In this document: piece by piece, positions 1 through 9,274 of the stretch
How the letters are laid out: every line of letters begins with the position of its first letter
How positions within the stretch are numbered: position 1 is the stretch's first letter
From: Candidatus Poribacteria bacterium
GTDB lineage: Bacteria > Poribacteria > WGA-4E > WGA-3G
Length of the DNA stretch: 64,000 nt
Direction of reading: 5' to 3'
Assembly (NCBI GenBank): GCA_965197475.1
Contig: CBDANF010000003.1
Location: forward strand, 576,001-640,000
The notes under the pieces: generated by a model
Database searches by the model: none
Told to the model about the DNA's origin: nothing
Seen by the model: only the letters and a program-made list of their open reading frames with translations
Made by a program: the position numbers and the translations under genes

Positions 1-4
1 CCCG

Positions 5-2815
5 ATGGAGATGCGCGATATAGCAGATTGGGTGATCCGTTATCGGCTGCAATCAAAGGGCGGTATCGCCAATGTGATTAACATCGGTGGTTATATCAAG
101 CAATTTCAGGTCTTCGTCAATCCTGAACGGTTGGTAAGTTACGGTATTTCACTTGAAGATGTTGCACATGCACTTGAAAAGAGCAATGATAACGCTGCAG
201 GTGGATTTCTTATTAAGGACACGCGTGAGTTGATGATTAGAGGGTTGGGACGGATTTCTTCGGTTGCTGACATTGAAAATGTTGTGATTGATGTCCGAGA
301 ACACAACACACCTGTGCTCGTTAATGATGTCGCAACAGTGAGAATCGGGTCGTTACCAGAGATCCGCCGTGGTGCGGGGAGTCGAAATGGTGAAGAAACC
401 GTTTTAGGCAAGGTAGTTAAGCAACCCGGCATCAATACGCTTACCCTCAGCGATAAAGTGGTTTCAGAACTGGACTCGCTGGAAAAATCGCTGCCAGAAG
501 GAGTAAAAATTGAAGTTGAGTACGCGCAAGCTAACCTAATTCGGCGTGCTGTGGATACGGTCAAAGAAGCACTGCGGGATGGCGCAATCCTCGTTGTTGT
601 TGTCCTGATCATCTTTCTTTTTAATATCCGCACCGCGTTGATTACTCTCACTGCTATTCCGTTATCGTTGATTATCGCGATCATCGTGCTGCTTTCACAG
701 GGAGGCACTCTCAACATCATGACGCTCGCTGGCTTAGCGATTGCTGTCGGAATGGTGGTTGACGATGCGATTGTATACGTTGAAAACATCTTCAGACGAT
801 TACAAGAGTATTTTCATCTGCGTGATTTAGGGAATGAAACTGACGAAACGCCAACGCAGGTGGTGACACGCGCAAGCGATGAGATGCGTGTATCTATAGT
901 TTTTGCAACCTTAATTATTATCCTCGTGTTTTTACCGCTGTTCAGTCTCAGTGGGATTGAGGGCAGAATGTTCCGTCCGCTTGGTTGGGCAGTTGTAATT
1001 TCTATGGCAGCATCGCTACTCGTGGCTTTAACAGTGGTTCCTGTTTTAAGTGATCTACTGCTGGGACGCGTTAGAGATATACCGTTGCATGAACTCATTC
1101 CCATGGTTGACCCCTCAGAAAAACGGGGTCCGTTTACGTGGATAAAACGGGCTTATAACGCTTTTCGAAATCTTGTGGTGCGATGGCGGTTGTTTATTGT
1201 CAAATTGGCACCCGACTCGGATGTTGAAACTGCCTTGACACTTCAACCTGTGGTCATGTGGATCAAACGCGCTTATCGTCCTATTCTATCATTGGTGATT
1301 CGTTTACGTTGGGTTGTTGTAGCAGTTGCGCTCTTACTGGTAATATTAACTTGCGCATCGATTCCTCGTTTAGGTAGGGAATTTTTACCCGTGATGGATG
1401 AGGCAACGTTCACAATCAGCGTGTTTTCACCTCCCGGGACCTCGCTGAATGAATCTACACGTATCGGTCGAGAAATGGAAATTAGACTGGACGAAGAAAT
1501 TCCAGAAGTGACAAGCGTCAGCAGTCGAACCGGGCGCGCTGAAGCGGACGAACACGCGCACGATGTGAATACCCATGAAATCGTGGTCAATTTTGATCCG
1601 CCAGATAAACGTGAGAAAACACGTGAAGACCTCCTCGTTGAAGTGCGGGAGTTGCTTTCCACCGAAAACTTTCCGGGGGTCCAGGTATCCGTTGGACAAC
1701 CGATTCAACACCGCCTTGATCATCTTTTGTCCGGTGTTAGCGCGCAAGTGGCATTGAAACTCTTCGGCCCCGATCTTGACATGCTAAGGCAAAAAGCAGA
1801 AGACATTGAAGCAGTTATGTCGGAGATTGATGGTGTTGCGGATTTACAGGTTGAGCAGCAGGTGCAGATTGAACAACTTCAGATTAAAGTCAAGCGTTTT
1901 GAAGCAGCGCGCTACGGCTTAAGCGTCCAAGACATCACGCATTTCGCAGAAGGGGCTTTCAAAGGCGAAACAGTCAGTCAGATCATTCAGGGACAGCGGC
2001 AGTATGACCTCGTCGTCCGCATTGACCCGACACTTGTCACTACCGTTGAATCGTTCGGCAACCTCAAACTTCGAACGCCTTCAGGCGCATTTATTCCATT
2101 GAAACAGGTGGCAGATGTCAGCTTTGGTTTCGGACCTAATACCATCAATCGTGAGAACGTTTCTCGACGTATCGTGATTCAATGCAACGTGCAGGATAGA
2201 GACCTCGGTAACTTTATTGATGAAGTCAAAAAAGAAATTGAGGCACATGTTGATATACCTGAAGAATATTTCCTCACGTATGGTGGACAGTTTGAAAGTC
2301 AACAGCGCGCACAAAGACGTATTCTAATTCAAACCGGTTTCGTTTTTATTGGTATCTTTATTTTACTGTATCTTGCGATGGGTTCAGTCCGGCTTTCGAT
2401 ATTGGTAATCCTGAATTTACCGTTGGCGTTAATAGGTGGTGTTGTCAGTGTCTTTCTTACAGGTGGCGTGTTGAGTATTCCATCTATGGTTGGTTTTATT
2501 CTATTGTTCGGCATTGCTGTGCGAAATGGCATCATCTTGGTTTCACATATCAATGCGCTTCGTTCAGAAGGCATACCGCTATATGATGCTGTGATGAAGG
2601 GTGCTTCGGAACGGATTAGTCCTGTCTTAATGACAGCTTTAACCACAGGACTTGGGATGCTACCGCTCGCGCTTGCACACGGCTCCGGTGCGGAACTCCA
2701 GAAACCGCTTGCTATTGTCATCAGTGGTGGCATGATTACCGCCACCTTTTTGACGCTGCTTGTTTTACCAGCGTTGTATTACCTTGTTGAAAAACGCGGT
2801 GCTGAAGAATTGTAA
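5..2815 (+). CDS. CusA/CzcA family heavy-metal efflux RND permease (5' end outside window)
   Basis: RND motifs GLAIAVGMVVDDAIVYVEN, GREFLP.MDE, GFILLFGIAVRNGI, R.SPVLMTAL, PLAIVISGG. Confidence 0.93.
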   Translation: MEMRDIADWVIRYRLQSKGGIANVINIGGYIKQFQVFVNPERLVSYGISLEDVAHALEKSNDNAAGGFLIKDTRELMIRGLGRISSVADIENVVIDVREHNTPVLVNDVATVRIGSLPEIRRGAGSRNGEETVLGKVVKQPGINTLTLSDKVVSELDSLEKSLPEGVKIEVEYAQANLIRRAVDTVKEALRDGAILVVVVLIIFLFNIRTALITLTAIPLSLIIAIIVLLSQGGTLNIMTLAGLAIAVGMVVDDAIVYVENIFRRLQEYFHLRDLGNETDETPTQVVTRASDEMRVSIVFATLIIILVFLPLFSLSGIEGRMFRPLGWAVVISMAASLLVALTVVPVLSDLLLGRVRDIPLHELIPMVDPSEKRGPFTWIKRAYNAFRNLVVRWRLFIVKLAPDSDVETALTLQPVVMWIKRAYRPILSLVIRLRWVVVAVALLLVILTCASIPRLGREFLPVMDEATFTISVFSPPGTSLNESTRIGREMEIRLDEEIPEVTSVSSRTGRAEADEHAHDVNTHEIVVNFDPPDKREKTREDLLVEVRELLSTENFPGVQVSVGQPIQHRLDHLLSGVSAQVALKLFGPDLDMLRQKAEDIEAVMSEIDGVADLQVEQQVQIEQLQIKVKRFEAARYGLSVQDITHFAEGAFKGETVSQIIQGQRQYDLVVRIDPTLVTTVESFGNLKLRTPSGAFIPLKQVADVSFGFGPNTINRENVSRRIVIQCNVQDRDLGNFIDEVKKEIEAHVDIPEEYFLTYGGQFESQQRAQRRILIQTGFVFIGIFILLYLAMGSVRLSILVILNLPLALIGGVVSVFLTGGVLSIPSMVGFILLFGIAVRNGIILVSHINALRSEGIPLYDAVMKGASERISPVLMTALTTGLGMLPLALAHGSGAELQKPLAIVISGGMITATFLTLLVLPALYYLVEKRGAEEL

Positions 2816-2878
2816 CCGTTTAATGCTCGCAAAATATTCTTGTGGGAGGGCTTTCTAAGCCCGATGAAGTTGATTTCT

Positions 2879-2911
2879 CTTGTGGGAGGACTTTCTAAGT
2901 CCTCCCACAAG
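2879..2911. repeat. REP-like palindrome / possible terminator after RND gene
   Basis: CTTGTGGGAGGACT-ttcta-AGTCCTCCCACAAG perfect inverted repeat; half copy at ~2840. Confidence 0.7.
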
Positions 2912-3014
2912 AAAATTGGCACTGGCGTTGATTCGTAAATCCTGGTTCAGACAATCCGAGAAATCTGTGTAATCTGTAAAATCCGTGATTCAGACAAACC
3001 ACACATCCAACCCA

Positions 3015-3136
3015 CAGAGCCATTCAATTGTCGATTTTTTACACGTTTATCCGAAAAGTCGCGATTCGGAGATCGCTCCTGCAGAGGAAAGACCGTTAGC
3101 AGAAAGTAGCAACTACTTGAGAATTGAATGGCTCTG
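3015..3136. mobile_element. MITE (122 bp) with 15-bp TIRs CAGAGCCATTCAATT / AATTGAATGGCTCTG; left end of composite island
   Basis: TIRs at 3015-3029 and 3122-3136; the right ~94 bp recur at ~7487-7578 and ~16397-16488. Confidence 0.8.
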
Positions 3137-3363
3137 TCTATAAAAAGAAAATTGGTAGATCTGTATCTACGAGTAAATTCAGGGAAATGGTGTAAATACC
3201 TAAAATTTTGCGAATTTTTAGAAAAAAGTTGAAATTTCTGTAACCTATCTTGCAATACATAACGTTGAATAAGGTATATATGGATATCATGCACGTGCAA
3301 CACAAATTTGTAGTGAGGAAGTTACACCGTCGTTAACCATATTTTGCGTAAGGGGATTTAACA

Positions 3364-3513
3364 ATGAAAAACCGAGATATGAATACCACAATCCAGAAAG
3401 TGACCACGCTGGATGCCTGCCACCTGAGCAGGATTTGCTCACGCAGCATACATCGGTTGGCGAATTTTAACTATAAGTTAATACCCCCCCCCCCCCCACT
3501 TCACATTCGTTAA
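3364..3513 (+). other. Short leader ORF (49 aa) containing a C14 homopolymer (3484-3497)
   Basis: AAGGGGA RBS, ATG 3364, poly-C read as poly-Pro, stop shortly after the tract. Confidence 0.35.
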
Positions 3514-3714
3514 TTTCAATCAATTTATTGGACAAGGTCTTATTGCAGACGTTAGCAGCTGCGATATCTTCGCGCCCGCACGCGCGCTCCGTCTCACACG
3601 GAGTGTCTCGTCGCGGGCTTTTGTTGTTTGTGGAAATAGACGCGATTTATGCTGAATCGTGTCTGATAATTGTTTTAGTTTTACTTGAAAAATTTTAACG
3701 GAGGAGATATAATT

Positions 3715-4158
3715 GTGAAAAAGAAATTTTTTACAGCAAATGTTGATGTGGCAGCTATAGCTGCATTCGGTGGACTTACCGCTATCTCGTTCTTCGCACT
3801 CTTTTTTGAGGAACACGGAATCCGCCTCAGTATCGTTGCACTCGCTATCTCGCTTTGGGGATTCTTGTCCTTAAAACAGATGGATACGGAACAGGAGACA
3901 CAGCGTGTTGAAAAAACCTCGTCTGTTTTTCACAAACCGCAACATCGGAAAAACAGGCGGAGACTCATCACTGCAGTGGTTCTCATTTTGATTAGCGGGG
4001 TTATTCTGTCCGGTGCTATTAAAATGACACGCGCAACACAGATGGATAAACTTGACTGCACAGAACAACCCCGATCTGACAGTATCATATTGGAAAAACA
4101 GGAAACGCCTTGTCCAAAATCAACCATACTGCCCTGCTCGCTGGACGCAGCGGAATAA
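3715..4158 (+). CDS. Hypothetical membrane protein (about 3 TM segments)
   Basis: GGAGGAG RBS before GTG 3715; hydrophobic stretches. Confidence 0.65.
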   Translation: MKKKFFTANVDVAAIAAFGGLTAISFFALFFEEHGIRLSIVALAISLWGFLSLKQMDTEQETQRVEKTSSVFHKPQHRKNRRRLITAVVLILISGVILSGAIKMTRATQMDKLDCTEQPRSDSIILEKQETPCPKSTILPCSLDAAE

Positions 4159-4193
4159 CAGGGATAAACAATCCTAATTCGGAGGATATTTTG

Positions 4194-5036
4194 ATGAAAC
4201 GCAAACTTTACTGGGGACTCGGTGTCCTCATTATTCTACTGATCGGTGTTAGTGCCGTGTTGGTAATCCGACACGAAATGGCGGTACACAAGCAACTCAA
4301 AGCCAATTTAGATGCAGCGAATAAACTGCTTGAAGCACAGAACAAGCCATCAGAAGTGCCGGCTGAAAAAGGGCATGTTCACGATGATGGCACTTTTCAC
4401 GTAGGCGAACATGGCGATCCGATAGTGGAACAAGACGACCCCACGGGTGAACAAAATGAACCCCTAAAACCACCACCATCACGAGACTTCGAACCCGTCC
4501 AAATACAGATACCAGAAGGTATAACAGACCCCGATGTGTTGGCAGCGTGGGAACGACTTGACTACATCGCCAATAATATTTGGGACTGGGGTGGTGTGCC
4601 ATCGCAAGAGACAGAAGAACTGATCGCACAACTTATGCCACCGCCAGATGGGTTTTCGGGTCCCAGCGGACACAGCGATGCCGAAGAGACCATAAATCTA
4701 CTCGGCAGCTTGGATAGAAACGACCCGCGCTCCGCAGAAGTCATGGTGACTTATTACTGTGAGAATATTATCGGGGGGCTTGGTCCACGAAATGCGATAA
4801 TAGATATAGGACCGCCTGCCGTGCCACTGCTGATACCCTATCTGTTTGAAGATGGAAATGCAGAAGCCGTTGCCGCTTTAGGTGGGATAGTCGTAAAGCA
4901 TCGTAAGGAATTAGGGGGTATTGTAGACCATATCATTATTCCAAAATTGGAAGAATATGCGGCAATAGAAGACCCGCCAGGTAAGATGTATTATCCGAGA
5001 AAGTGGGCGCGAGAAGCCCTTGAACTTTTGAAATAA
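4194..5036 (+). CDS. Membrane-anchored His-motif / HEAT-repeat-like protein, copy 1
   Basis: GGAGG RBS; N-terminal MKRKLYWGLG-TM; GHVHDDGTFHVGEH motif; HEAT-like IGPPAVPLLI...AVAAL...AREAL. Confidence 0.75.
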   Translation: MKRKLYWGLGVLIILLIGVSAVLVIRHEMAVHKQLKANLDAANKLLEAQNKPSEVPAEKGHVHDDGTFHVGEHGDPIVEQDDPTGEQNEPLKPPPSRDFEPVQIQIPEGITDPDVLAAWERLDYIANNIWDWGGVPSQETEELIAQLMPPPDGFSGPSGHSDAEETINLLGSLDRNDPRSAEVMVTYYCENIIGGLGPRNAIIDIGPPAVPLLIPYLFEDGNAEAVAALGGIVVKHRKELGGIVDHIIIPKLEEYAAIEDPPGKMYYPRKWAREALELLK

Positions 5037-5066
5037 CCGAAATCTATATATGAAAGGAGAAATCCG

Positions 5067-6875
5067 ATGAAAGTTCGTTATGTTTTCTACATGCTATTAC
5101 TTGTTATCTGTGTGTTAATTCCGTTTCATTTGAGTTCCACAGTAATATCGTTTCATTCGCAGACACCTTGTATTCGTATCAAATCGTGGTCTGTCGGACA
5201 AAGTTCGGGTTATTATGGTAAAGAGAAACTCGCAATAAACATTGGGTCGTTCATTACGAATTCAGAACAGACGTGTTGTGTGCATGTATCGGTGGGTTAT
5301 TGTGATGACCAACCTTCGCAGACCAACATAATGTATCCGATTACTTCGTTTGGATATGAGTTGTCTATGAGTCATGGGTTCGTAGTAGAAAAGGCGGTTT
5401 ATAGTGTGAGTGGTCCGGATGCTGCGTTGTTTGACCCGGCCACAAGTTTTTCTGTGAGTGCGAAGTTTAAGGGACCCAAGGATGAGGAGGAGCTTGTCTC
5501 ATCGTGTAACGGAAATAATGGTCGCGATAACAAACCGATGTGGGTCAAGGTGAAGTTTATTGGCTACTACGGGACGGATCTCGATAACCAAAAGTCCGTT
5601 TCAGTTTCGGGACAGTGGGTACAAGATACAAAAGACAGGATACGGCAGGAATATGTGGATATGACACCACCCGATAGTAGAGCCGAATTGCCGGTGCCTG
5701 GCAGATCGTCATTTGTTTCCACAATCTCAACCGACAACGGTGTGGATCGATGGAATACGGGGCATTATAGTAGTTTCATGATAGATGATGGATTGAAAGG
5801 GAAAAAGGCAGATTGGCTCGCGGAAGTTAATAAAGAACGCAAAAGTAACGGTTTATCCGCGTTTACGGATGCTGATTTTCAGGTGAACAGTGCGTATCGC
5901 AATCCGTATCATCAGCGTTTTCATGTCGGCAAGGGGGCACTTGCTTCATTTCATAGTCGTCATCCGTTTGGCGATGCGTTAGATGTTCACACCCCCGATG
6001 TAAATGGCAATGGCACAGAAGAGCAAGTCTATAAGAATTATGCTAACAGTGCCGATGGCGTTGCTATGCAGCGAGCCGCCGAGTCTAAGTCTGTTGGTGC
6101 TTTGTGGACAGCTTCTTATCTATACTATAGTACGCACACGCATGCGGATTGGACGCTGCGCGTGAAAGATGGCGGGAGTTGGCCTCCGCCGAATGGCACT
6201 GTCTATTCTCCACCGTGTAACATAGATGGAACAGCATCAAGTGGTCCGTATGTGACGGGGGCAACAACGGGCAATGCAGAAGAAACGAATGAAGGTCAAA
6301 CGGGACAGGATACCGGTGGTAGTGAACAGACCACAGATGCTCCTGCCATCGGCCCCTGTGGACATACCTATTGGCTAGGTTCATCCTCGGACTACGACCA
6401 TAGATCAGAAACTTGGGGGTGTGGACATACGATCTATGTTTGTCAATCCAGTTCCCATTCGCTGCAAGCGAGTTGTTCCGAAACGAATGCGAATGGCGAT
6501 AGTTGTACGGTGACAAGTTTCTATGCGTGTCAGACGCATACACACGAGTATCCTGCTGCGCCGAGTTTTGCGCCCAGTTTATCCGTCGGTTCAAGCAGCT
6601 ATAGTGCGGGGAGTTCTTTGTCTCCGGTTGTCACATCTGATGCGCCTATTTACGGTGCGCATTTGTTTGTGCGTGCGCCGGGGGATACAAGCACCTATGG
6701 CACAAAAATAGGCTGGTTTCCTGGGGGTCGCACGACACAGACATTGACGTTGCCTTACACGTTTGCTGCTAATGCTGCGAGTGGCAGCTATAAGATCACT
6801 GCGCGTGTGTATCCGTGGAATGGTGATGCGTGGGGCGATCCGGATTATTTATCTGACTACGTGTCGGTTGAGTAG
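5067..6875 (+). CDS. Secreted protein with peptidase M15-like (LAS zinc peptidase) domain, Cys/His-rich repeats and C-terminal beta-rich domain, copy 1
   Basis: Signal peptide; VNSAYRNP..H...SRHPFGDALD...HTHAD matches M15A S(G/A)YR..SxHxxGxAxD..HxD; CGH/CQ..H repeats. Confidence 0.75.
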   Translation: MKVRYVFYMLLLVICVLIPFHLSSTVISFHSQTPCIRIKSWSVGQSSGYYGKEKLAINIGSFITNSEQTCCVHVSVGYCDDQPSQTNIMYPITSFGYELSMSHGFVVEKAVYSVSGPDAALFDPATSFSVSAKFKGPKDEEELVSSCNGNNGRDNKPMWVKVKFIGYYGTDLDNQKSVSVSGQWVQDTKDRIRQEYVDMTPPDSRAELPVPGRSSFVSTISTDNGVDRWNTGHYSSFMIDDGLKGKKADWLAEVNKERKSNGLSAFTDADFQVNSAYRNPYHQRFHVGKGALASFHSRHPFGDALDVHTPDVNGNGTEEQVYKNYANSADGVAMQRAAESKSVGALWTASYLYYSTHTHADWTLRVKDGGSWPPPNGTVYSPPCNIDGTASSGPYVTGATTGNAEETNEGQTGQDTGGSEQTTDAPAIGPCGHTYWLGSSSDYDHRSETWGCGHTIYVCQSSSHSLQASCSETNANGDSCTVTSFYACQTHTHEYPAAPSFAPSLSVGSSSYSAGSSLSPVVTSDAPIYGAHLFVRAPGDTSTYGTKIGWFPGGRTTQTLTLPYTFAANAASGSYKITARVYPWNGDAWGDPDYLSDYVSVE

Positions 6876-6913
6876 TTGTCCTTTAGATTAGAAAGGGGCG
6901 TGTCTTGGAACTG

Positions 6914-6950
6914 ACAGGCAGATATTCTTTTGGGTATCTGCCTGTTTTTT
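6914..6950 (+). terminator. Intrinsic terminator (copy 2 at 13846-13882)
   Basis: ACAGGCAGATA-loop-TATCTGCCTGT followed by a T tract. Confidence 0.75.
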
Positions 6951-6965
6951 GTAAAGGAGCACTTA

Positions 6966-7439
6966 ATGAAAGTAAAATCCTTCATAACAGGTCTTATCAT
7001 CCCGTTACTCCTCACTGCTGGTATCATTCTATATCTGCAACATGCACCAAAATTGGCACCCGCAACTGAAATTCCGCATCAAAAAGATGTAATAGCAAAT
7101 GTGGAACAACCGAAGGTAAACGCTGTCAATTCCAACACAACTGCAGAAAACCCTGACGCGTTCTATCAGTTGATTATTGACAACAACATCTTCCGTCCAC
7201 TCGGTTGGCAACCGCCCAGAAAACAGCCGGACTATACCCTTATCGGCACAACAGTTTCACAGAACGCAGCAGATTCAAAGGCGTTTATATTGGAGCGGCG
7301 TTCAAATCGCATGCATATCGTCAAAGTTGGGGACACCCTTGACGATGCGCGTGTGAAAGAGATTCAATCGAAACGTGTCACACTGCATGAAGCAGGAAAA
7401 GACATAATCCTGCATGGCGGTAGGCTGCAGTTTTTCTAA
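6966..7439 (+). CDS. GspC/PilP-like (type II secretion protein C HR-domain) membrane protein, copy 1
   Basis: N-terminal TM, linker, NIF, then YTLIGT...AFI...VKVGDTL.DARVKEI.SKRVTL pattern typical of the T2SS-C HR domain. Confidence 0.65.
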   Translation: MKVKSFITGLIIPLLLTAGIILYLQHAPKLAPATEIPHQKDVIANVEQPKVNAVNSNTTAENPDAFYQLIIDNNIFRPLGWQPPRKQPDYTLIGTTVSQNAADSKAFILERRSNRMHIVKVGDTLDDARVKEIQSKRVTLHEAGKDIILHGGRLQFF

Positions 7440-7664
7440 CATCTTCCTCTTCCCACAAGGTTATTTAGTTTTAGACTTTTTGTCCAGTTTATCCGAAAAG
7501 TCGTGATTCGGAGATCGCTCCTACAGCGGAAAGACCGTTATCAGAAAGTAACAACTACTTGAGAATTGAATGGCTCTGTCCAACCCAGAAAAAACCTTGA
7601 ATGATAGAAAAAAATATGCTATAATACTCTCAAACCTGAAATTTGTAAGAAGAGGGAAAGTCAC

Positions 7665-7877
7665 GTGAATTGCGAAATGAGCGAAACACGCATGCGTATC
7701 CTACAACTTTTGAAGATGCGTTCCAGCATGACGGTCAGTCAACTAATTGAAGCACTCCACATCAGTGACATGGGGGTCAGACAACATCTCACTATCCTTC
7801 AAGAAGAAGGTTTGGTTGAATATCATCAAGAAAAGCATGGACGCATCGAAATAACAGGGATAAACAATCCTAATTAG
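7665..7877 (+). pseudogene. Truncated copy of the HTH regulator at 16575, fused to the cassette leader
   Basis: Near-identical to 16575-16754 up to TGGACGC (7838-7844), then switches to the ATAACAGGGATAAACAATCCTAA leader. Confidence 0.85.
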
Positions 7878-7889
7878 GAGGATATTTTG

Positions 7890-9260
7890 ATGAAACGCAA
7901 ACTTTATTGGGGGTTTGCAGCCCTCATTATCCTGATTATCGGCACTGCAGGTGTGTTGTTCATTCAACACAACCGCGCCGAAATGGTGCTCCTTGAAGCG
8001 TTGTCGGATGCCGATAACAGCGATAGTTCACAACAGCAGCCCGCCCAACGTGGCGTTGGTTCTACTGACTACAAAGCCCCCCCGCTCGGTGAAACAGACG
8101 ATACAGGGTATTGGGAAGGAAACACATGGCATCAGAAACCGGCACCCAAACCGAAGAAAAAAGGGTGGTGGAAGACAGGGGATACAAGAAAATATCTTGA
8201 GATGCTTGCCATTACCGGTAACATCCCAAAAGAATTCAGGCCCGACTCCAAAGCTTTTGCCCGGTGGATCATTGCCGAACACCCCTATTCCCAAGCAGCC
8301 CTTGAAGCGAGATTAGTGCTGGGTGGTTGGGGGACATCATATCTAATGGATGCCCTGAAATACCATCCAACATCACCATTACTACACGCAAAAATAGCAG
8401 CCTCTACTTCCAGTCGTCGTTATCCCGAAAAGGTTGTCGCCTTTGCAAAAAAAAAAGCACTCCGCCTGCTTCCCACGACTACCGAAGATACTTCCTATAG
8501 AGGAATATGGAATTCCCCTGCTGTGCTAAGCCACGAATCTTTAGGTCAGGCATATCAGCGATTGGGCGATTACAAATCTGCGTTAGTTCACCTCAAAGCC
8601 GCACAACGTCTTTACAAAACTGGAATTGGGGACGATGACTTAAACATGGACGGATACGAACTGATGTCTAAGTGGATCGCTGGGATAGAAGCGGGGAAGC
8701 CGCTCATAGGACCGAATCCGAAGCCGCATCCGGAGCCGTCCGCCGACTTTCCTTTATCTACTTCACAACCGTCCGCACCTGTGGCCCCTGTAGATGCCGC
8801 CGAACTCCCGCCTGTGCCGTTTGATTTCCCCGCAAGCCCGTCTGATGATATGTTCCGTGCCCCGAACACGTCCTCTTTGTCTCCTTCTGATCAAGGGATG
8901 CGTGAGCGTGAGGCCGCTAAGCAAGCCCATTCAGCGTTTGCCAAACGGCAGCAGCAAGAGTTTGGTGATTTTCTTCGGTGGATGGCGCGTATAGAACAGG
9001 CGAAGTCGCCTGCGGATTTAGAAGATTTTTTGATGCGTGAGATGGCGAAGCACCTGCAAGGTGGTGCTTCCGAGTTCACGCCGGATCGTTTGATCCATGC
9101 GTTTGAAATGGTCAATCGCCACGGAGACGCAGCGGGGATGGTGCATCTGCAAGCGTTGGATCCCGATATTGCGAAAGCGATGTCGCGTCACCCTCAAAGT
9201 AAACGTGTGCCACCGCGCACCGCGCCTGTGCGTCCGAAAACAGTTCATAACCCGAAATAG
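7890..9260 (+). CDS. Membrane-anchored TPR-containing protein (paralogue 1)
   Basis: MKRKLYWG-TM; TPR-like LGQAYQRLGDYKSALVHLKAA; Pro-rich linker; conserved C-terminal module. Confidence 0.75.
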   Translation: MKRKLYWGFAALIILIIGTAGVLFIQHNRAEMVLLEALSDADNSDSSQQQPAQRGVGSTDYKAPPLGETDDTGYWEGNTWHQKPAPKPKKKGWWKTGDTRKYLEMLAITGNIPKEFRPDSKAFARWIIAEHPYSQAALEARLVLGGWGTSYLMDALKYHPTSPLLHAKIAASTSSRRYPEKVVAFAKKKALRLLPTTTEDTSYRGIWNSPAVLSHESLGQAYQRLGDYKSALVHLKAAQRLYKTGIGDDDLNMDGYELMSKWIAGIEAGKPLIGPNPKPHPEPSADFPLSTSQPSAPVAPVDAAELPPVPFDFPASPSDDMFRAPNTSSLSPSDQGMREREAAKQAHSAFAKRQQQEFGDFLRWMARIEQAKSPADLEDFLMREMAKHLQGGASEFTPDRLIHAFEMVNRHGDAAGMVHLQALDPDIAKAMSRHPQSKRVPPRTAPVRPKTVHNPK

Positions 9261-9274
9261 AAAGGAGATTTCTC

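Noticed and set aside
139-2745. Many antisense and alternate-frame ORFs over long genes (also in mutS, the WD40 genes and the LTD protein)
   Set aside because: Shadow ORFs of strongly supported genes, without RBS or motifs.
4150-4170. ATAACAGGG resembling an I-SceI site
   Set aside because: Only 9 of 18 bases match contiguously; treated as coincidence.
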